DNA of 62,818 nucleotides, taken from a virus (lineage: Duplodnaviria > Caudoviricetes). Below the pieces are notes generated by a model. That model worked only from the letters and a program-made list of their open reading frames with translations, was not told the origin of the DNA and ran no database searches. Below are positions 57,191 through 62,818 of the stretch, piece after piece. The DNA lies in the IMG/VR virus record IMGVR_UViG_3300030329_003652, positions 1-62,818 of that record. One strand, given 5' to 3'. A program made the position numbers and the translations under genes. The number at the start of each line of letters is the position of its first letter. Position 1 is the stretch's first letter.

Positions 57191-60100
57191 TGGCTATTAC
57201 ACACTTTGGAAATAAAATGTTAAGGGGAACAAAACTTGATAGAGTTAGTGATTCATTAGGTTCAAGTGCTGATGGTGCAAATACTGGAATTACATTAACA
57301 CCAATTAAAACTAATAGTAGTACAAACAAAATTGATTTTAAAGCATTACGTGATGGAGTTAATCATGCTTTAAGTTATGATTTAGGTGCTACATTAAGTG
57401 ATACATTATGGACTTGCCGTTTCGTAATTAATTTTTCAAAATTAGGTAGTTCAGGTAATGGTAATTATATGTATGTAGGTCTTAGTGACAAGGACAGTTC
57501 AACGGCACAGAATGGTAATCAAGATTTCATAGGAACTCAAATACAATTAGATGGAACAAGTAATTATTTTTCAAATGATTCTGATGGTGCTTCAATTTCA
57601 GGCACAGGTTCAGGTGATAATAGTCAATCATGGACACCTTCTGCAAGTACAAACTATTACGTTGAAATAATTCGTTCAAGTGCTACTGCATATTCTATTA
57701 CGATTAGAACAGGTTCTCATAGTGGAACATCTCTTGGAACTGTTTCAGGCACTTGTGCAACTACAACAGTAGGATTAAGATATTTCAAAGTATTAAATGT
57801 AATAAATTCTAGTGGTGGTAGAGATTTAGAAGGAACAATAGATACAATAACAATAGATAACGGTGCTTCAACATACTCATCAGCAGATTATACAGTAAAT
57901 CCAAACTCAACAACAGGTTGGTCAGGTAATTACAAACTTGGCACAGGTGCTTATGATTTTACATCAGGTCAAGTAGATATTGGTAAAACCACACAAACAG
58001 GTGACTTTTCTGTAACATTTTGGTTTAATGCAGATAGTAATTCAGGCGTACAAAGACTATGGCATAACAATAATAATTCGTCAAAATTAGAAATACAATG
58101 GTATAATAGTCAAGTAGCATATACCGTAAAAGATGCAACAGGTAATAATGGTTCATCATTAAATACTGGAACATGGTATCATGTAGCACTAACTAGAGAA
58201 GGAAGTGCTGTAAAATTATACATTGATGGTGTTTTAAAAAGTAGTACTACAGAAGATGAAGCACTATCAAACGCTGATAATGCTACCATAGGTGGAAGTG
58301 GAAGTTCAGAAAACTATAATGGAAAAATAGATGATGTTTCTAATTGGTCAAGAGCTCTTACTGCAACAGAAATTGGAAAGTTAGTAAATAATAATATAGG
58401 TGGTGATTCAGGTTGGTCAAAAACTTCATCGAATATCAATATTCAAAATAGTAGAGTTGACTTTGACATAACAAGTGGTGGAAGTAGCACATCAGCACTT
58501 TCTTACGATATAGGAACAGCTAATATAGCTGGAACTTGGGTATTAAGAGGAAAGTCAGTTATAACAAACTATACAGTTGGTGGTGATGGAAGTAGTTGTC
58601 ACTTATTTGTTGGATTTTCTGATAAAGACCATACAACAGCTTTTGATGGTAGTCAAGACTCTTTATCTTTTGCAATAGGAGCTGGAACTAATGATGATAA
58701 TTATTACATAGGTTCTAGTAATGATGGAGCTATGTATAGTGGAAGTAATCATACTAATGCACAAACAACACACGAACCAACAGAAGAAACATTATATTGG
58801 GAATTAAAACGAACAGGTACACAAGCTGCTACATTAACTCTTTATACCGATTCAGGTTATTCAGAATCACCATCAGGTTATTCTAAATCAATTACAAGTT
58901 TTGGTGGTACACCAACAAATTTCAGATATTTGGTCTTTAAATCAAGAGATAGAAGTGTAAGTGGTTCAGATTGTATAGGATATATTGACGACTTGAAATT
59001 TTGGAATGATACAACAACAGCAAGTGGTGATCCAGATTATTCATTTACATTCACATCAGGTGATGCACAATCAGTTTCATCATTAACTAACAAGTCAGGT
59101 CTAAAAGCACATTATACTATGGATAGTACAGCTTTGTCTTCATTGAAAAACACAGCAGATTGGACAGAAGATTTTAGTGAAACAACTCCTACATCATGGA
59201 CAGAAGATTCATCAAGTGGTTATGCTAATAATTTAGAACCATATAAAGGAAGTGTAAATCGTTTATGGTTTGACTTGGATGAGAATACAGGCGTAGGTGT
59301 TATGGGTATGTTTGATTTACAAAATGCTGGATTATTAGGATCAAATCCAAGTAATACAAAATGGACATTTAGATTTAAAATTCGTTGGACATCTATAAAT
59401 AGTGCAGCAGGTTCAATATGGATTGGCTTAACTGATTCTAATACTGCTGCTTCAAATGGTGCTTGTAGGTTTGCAGGTTGTAGAATTAAATCAACGGTAG
59501 GTATTCAAAATGGTTCAGATAATGGTGGACAAGCTTTAACTGATTCTAATAGAACAGATGGTGGTGTAGCAACAACAATCGCAATAGACACAGATTATTA
59601 TGTCACAGTATCAAGACATACTGCAAATAAACTAGTTACAACAGTAAGAAGTGGTTCACATACAGGTACACTTTTAGGCGAAGTAACTGCTACCACATTA
59701 GAAACTGCAACAGATGATTTAAGATATTGGAAAATTATGAATAATAGATCAAGCACTAATGGTGGACAACAAAAAGGTTATCTTTATGATTTAGAGTTCT
59801 TTAATGATTCTGCAACAACAACAGGTTGTAAAAACGACTTTTCATCAACAAGTGACTTGGAAGCTATGACCAATCTACCTGAAAATACAATATTCTTACA
59901 AACAGATGATACACCTTCTTACTGGTGGAAACAATCTGATAACACATGGAAGTTAGATGGAAGCACAGAACCAATATCTACAATAATAGATTGGACAGGT
60001 TTGAATACAGGAACAAATGAAGGTGATGGTATTTACAAAACAACTTCACAAAGTTGGAGTAATATTGGTAGATCAACTAAAATCTATAAAATAGGTGGAA

Positions 60101-60519
60101 ATACCAAAGTCTCGCTTAGAACAACATCAAACCACATGGAATTTGGTTTTCTCAAAACTTCTACATCTAATGTGACTTGTTTTGAGTGTAATGGTAATGC
60201 GTACTCAAGTGGTAATGCTATAATACACCCAATAGCATCTGGTGGTTATGGTTCAGGTAATGGTGGTAATGTAATGTGGGGTGGAACAAGCTCGCCATCA
60301 AGTAGTAATGTTGTTGCAACAAGTTGGGATGCTTCGTCATACACAACAGGCACAAATTTCACAATGGAAATAAAATCGAATGGTGATATTGAATTTGCTA
60401 TGGATGGTGTAGTTAAAAAAACATGGTCAGGTATTGCAACAGATAATGAATATTATTTCTATGTTGGTCATTATGCAACAGGTAGTTCAAGAGGATTGAC
60501 ATTAGGAGAGTTAACATAA
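57190..60519 (+). CDS. 1109-aa adhesin with LamG/concanavalin-like domains
   Basis: WYHVALTR..LYIDG..IG..GKIDDV..WSRALT LamG; three paralogous W..R...G..D...YY.....LRY domains. Confidence 0.75.
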   Translation: MAITHFGNKMLRGTKLDRVSDSLGSSADGANTGITLTPIKTNSSTNKIDFKALRDGVNHALSYDLGATLSDTLWTCRFVINFSKLGSSGNGNYMYVGLSDKDSSTAQNGNQDFIGTQIQLDGTSNYFSNDSDGASISGTGSGDNSQSWTPSASTNYYVEIIRSSATAYSITIRTGSHSGTSLGTVSGTCATTTVGLRYFKVLNVINSSGGRDLEGTIDTITIDNGASTYSSADYTVNPNSTTGWSGNYKLGTGAYDFTSGQVDIGKTTQTGDFSVTFWFNADSNSGVQRLWHNNNNSSKLEIQWYNSQVAYTVKDATGNNGSSLNTGTWYHVALTREGSAVKLYIDGVLKSSTTEDEALSNADNATIGGSGSSENYNGKIDDVSNWSRALTATEIGKLVNNNIGGDSGWSKTSSNINIQNSRVDFDITSGGSSTSALSYDIGTANIAGTWVLRGKSVITNYTVGGDGSSCHLFVGFSDKDHTTAFDGSQDSLSFAIGAGTNDDNYYIGSSNDGAMYSGSNHTNAQTTHEPTEETLYWELKRTGTQAATLTLYTDSGYSESPSGYSKSITSFGGTPTNFRYLVFKSRDRSVSGSDCIGYIDDLKFWNDTTTASGDPDYSFTFTSGDAQSVSSLTNKSGLKAHYTMDSTALSSLKNTADWTEDFSETTPTSWTEDSSSGYANNLEPYKGSVNRLWFDLDENTGVGVMGMFDLQNAGLLGSNPSNTKWTFRFKIRWTSINSAAGSIWIGLTDSNTAASNGACRFAGCRIKSTVGIQNGSDNGGQALTDSNRTDGGVATTIAIDTDYYVTVSRHTANKLVTTVRSGSHTGTLLGEVTATTLETATDDLRYWKIMNNRSSTNGGQQKGYLYDLEFFNDSATTTGCKNDFSSTSDLEAMTNLPENTIFLQTDDTPSYWWKQSDNTWKLDGSTEPISTIIDWTGLNTGTNEGDGIYKTTSQSWSNIGRSTKIYKIGGNTKVSLRTTSNHMEFGFLKTSTSNVTCFECNGNAYSSGNAIIHPIASGGYGSGNGGNVMWGGTSSPSSSNVVATSWDASSYTTGTNFTMEIKSNGDIEFAMDGVVKKTWSGIATDNEYYFYVGHYATGSSRGLTLGELT

Positions 60520-60566
60520 TGACAGATTACAAAGCTTCTAAACGCATTGTTGGAACGAGTGTGTAG
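60519..60566 (+). pseudogene. 15-codon remnant of an adhesin gene N-terminus
   Basis: MTDYKASKRIVGTSV*; TAATG-coupled; resembles MAISYLAGNRATGT. Confidence 0.5.
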
Positions 60567-60621
60567 ATATGGCTAACAAAAGAACCAAATATATAAAAGC
60601 AATAGGAGTGAATGAATAAAC

Positions 60622-61695
60622 ATGGCTATATCATATCTAGCAGGTAATCGAGCAACAGGAACAGCAAGTGATAGAGCTGGTCTTACTACATATTCTACAA
60701 AATCATGGGTAGAATTGGGAAGAACAACATTCACATCAGCAAGTAGTCAAATATCCGTAGAAGGTATAAATACAACAGATTATGATCATTTAATGATATT
60801 ATCACACAATATAGTTAATTCAGATCATAATATGACGTATTCTACGGGAACAGGTTCTTATTCAGGTAGTTATGCTGATAGACGTTCAGAGAATGGTGGT
60901 TCAGATCAAACGACAACAAACAGAAGTGATAATGGAATTATAACTGATGCACATACAAAAGAAATATTCACCGTTGGTAATATGGCTAATTATGATGGTA
61001 AAGAAAAATTGGTGATATGGCACTCCGTAGGTCATAATGCAGATGGAGAAGGTAATGCACCTGATAGATTTGAATGTGTTGGTAAATTCACAGGAACAGC
61101 AAAAATAGATAGATTAAGACTTAACAATTCTAGCAGTATTAATAATGAAGTAGGTAGTGAGATGATTATATTAGGAGCAAAGTCTAGTGGAACAAATACT
61201 GATAAGCAAGGATTTTGGCAAGAGTTAGCAGATGTTGAAGTTTCATCAGGTTCAACTATTGATACAGGCACGATAACAGCAAAGAGATATTTGTATTTTG
61301 AATTATACACAGTTCCAAGTGGATCACAAAGTTATTCTTGGCTACAATTCAATTCTGATACATCTTCTAACTATGCTAGTCGTTATAACACAAACGGTGG
61401 TAGTGATGCAACAGGCACGGATAGTGATGATGGTATTCTATATTATGCACCTTTGAACCAATCTGAAAGATATATGACTGGACATATTATAAACAAATCA
61501 GATAAGGAAAAACTTGTAATTGGGGAAGGTGTTGCACAAAATTCAGCAGGTGCAGGTAGTGGTAGCATACCAGAACGTAGAGAATTATCTGGTAAATGGG
61601 ATAATAAATCAGATAGTATAACATCAATTCAAGTTAAAGCAAAGAATGGTTCATTCACAACAGGCACAAGATTAAAGGTATGGGGTTCTGATTAA
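60622..61695 (+). CDS. adhesin/fibre protein, two modules
   Basis: Same module motifs, twice. Confidence 0.7.
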   Translation: MAISYLAGNRATGTASDRAGLTTYSTKSWVELGRTTFTSASSQISVEGINTTDYDHLMILSHNIVNSDHNMTYSTGTGSYSGSYADRRSENGGSDQTTTNRSDNGIITDAHTKEIFTVGNMANYDGKEKLVIWHSVGHNADGEGNAPDRFECVGKFTGTAKIDRLRLNNSSSINNEVGSEMIILGAKSSGTNTDKQGFWQELADVEVSSGSTIDTGTITAKRYLYFELYTVPSGSQSYSWLQFNSDTSSNYASRYNTNGGSDATGTDSDDGILYYAPLNQSERYMTGHIINKSDKEKLVIGEGVAQNSAGAGSGSIPERRELSGKWDNKSDSITSIQVKAKNGSFTTGTRLKVWGSD

Positions 61696-61696
61696 G

Positions 61697-62701
61697 ATGG
61701 TTTGGGAAAGATTAGGTTCTACAAGTGTAAGTGGTTCAACTGCAAATACCTCATGGAAAGAATTAGCTAGAGGTACAGGTGATGGTGGAACAACTATTGA
61801 TTCAGGTTCATTTACAGCTAAAGATAATATTATGGTATTAGGGCATATAACTCAAGGTAGAGTATATTTAACATATAATGGTTCAACAGGTAATGAATAT
61901 GCACACAGAAGAAGTGAAGAAGGTGGTAGTGATTCTACACAAACATCACAAGATAAACTTGATATGTCACGTAATCTAGGGGAAGATGTTTTCTTTGTTG
62001 GAGATACAGTAAATGTAGCCAATCAAGAAAAATTAGGAATTTATAATACTTGTTCACAAAATAGTGCAGGTGCTGGGAATGCACCTAAAAGGCAAGAATG
62101 GGTAACAAAATATGTTCCGTCAAGTTTATCAACAAATATTACATCAGTAAAAATAACAACTGATTCAGGTACTTATGATTCAAATGATCAGATTGTCGTA
62201 CTAGGATATGATAATGATGAAGCTGATTCAGGTACAAACTTTTGGCAAGAGCTAGCAGATGTTTCAGGAAGTGGAAGTTCAACAACATTAACAACAGGAA
62301 CTATAACTGCTAAGAAATATCTATACTTTAGATTTTTCTGTGATGAATTTGCTGGTGGTAAAGTGCTTTTCAACAGTGATACAGGTAACAATTATAGACG
62401 TAGATATTCTGCAAATGGTGGTAGTGATGTAGTAAATAATGCAACTAGTGGATTTGCATTACTTTATGATCTTGCTCCAGCTATGACAGAGGGTTACATA
62501 ATTAATAAATCAGATAATGAGAAATTAGTTATATTCAATACTTCTGAAACTAATAATCAAACTGGAGCTAGTAACACACCATATAGAATGGAAGGTGTAG
62601 TCAAATGGGCTAATACATCAGATTCAATTACAGAAATAAGCTTCACAAAAAACTCAAACTTTTCAACAGGAAACAGGATTCAGTTGTGGGGTGCTAACTA
62701 A
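61697..62701 (+). CDS. adhesin/fibre protein, two modules
   Basis: Same module motifs, twice. Confidence 0.7.
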   Translation: MVWERLGSTSVSGSTANTSWKELARGTGDGGTTIDSGSFTAKDNIMVLGHITQGRVYLTYNGSTGNEYAHRRSEEGGSDSTQTSQDKLDMSRNLGEDVFFVGDTVNVANQEKLGIYNTCSQNSAGAGNAPKRQEWVTKYVPSSLSTNITSVKITTDSGTYDSNDQIVVLGYDNDEADSGTNFWQELADVSGSGSSTTLTTGTITAKKYLYFRFFCDEFAGGKVLFNSDTGNNYRRRYSANGGSDVVNNATSGFALLYDLAPAMTEGYIINKSDNEKLVIFNTSETNNQTGASNTPYRMEGVVKWANTSDSITEISFTKNSNFSTGNRIQLWGAN

Positions 62702-62818
62702 TGGCTTGGGAAAGATTAGCTCATGTTGAATTAGGTAGTAACGGAACTTTAGCAAGTGGAACGTTTTCAGCAAAAAAGAATCTACGAGTTATTATATATG
62801 GAAATGCAGTATCAGGTG
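62701..62818 (+). CDS. 5' end of an adhesin gene, probably continuing at window position 1
   Basis: MAWERLAHVELGSNGTLASGTFSAKKNLRV, paralogous to the start of ORF 56048. Confidence 0.7.
   Translation, partial: MAWERLAHVELGSNGTLASGTFSAKKNLRVIIYGNAVSG

Noticed and set aside
54978-62818. Diversity-generating retroelement or shufflon
   Set aside because: No reverse transcriptase or site-specific recombinase recognised, no adenine-specific TR/VR pair, and all modules are co-oriented.
1-62818. Provirus, amoC or other nitrification AMG, inteins in MCM/TerL/RadA
   Set aside because: No integrase, att site or host flank; no amoC-like ORF; protein lengths leave no room for inteins.
1-62818. Avoidance of CCGG/GGCC-type restriction sites
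   Set aside because: They seem rare by eye but cannot be separated from low GC without k-mer counts against a Markov model.

Overview
Near-complete (about 63 kb, probably circularly permuted) genome of a tailed archaeal virus (Caudoviricetes, siphovirus-like tail genes). The host is most likely a marine Nitrososphaerota/Thaumarchaeota cell (Marthavirus-like by gene content; inference). Host clues are archaeal MCM and RadA, TATA-box leaderless starts and four copies of a thaumarchaeal-type CPCC zinc finger. Layout: tail-fibre/repeat genes (1-4.8 kb, 53.9-62.8 kb); Cas4-like nuclease, TGT-fold protein and terminase (5-9 kb); replication/recombination (11.6-21 kb; no DNA polymerase, primase or integrase recognised); a minus-strand cassette (22.4-32.5 kb) with MoxR/vWA, class II GATase and a Cys-rich amidoligase; head and tail morphogenesis (35.4-53.7 kb). 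Best candidate for a new system: a ~470-nt structured non-coding element at 32.0-32.5 kb. Three of its segments are exactly complementary, in order, to the 3'UTR/terminator hairpin at 22.47-22.51 kb, 9.6 kb away at the other end of the cassette. Other highlights are a 107-nt tRNA-like RNA, an adhesin array with an anchor motif apparently split across genes, and a peptide shared between the prohead protease tail and a distant ORF. All calls come from motif reading and hand folding; no searches were run.
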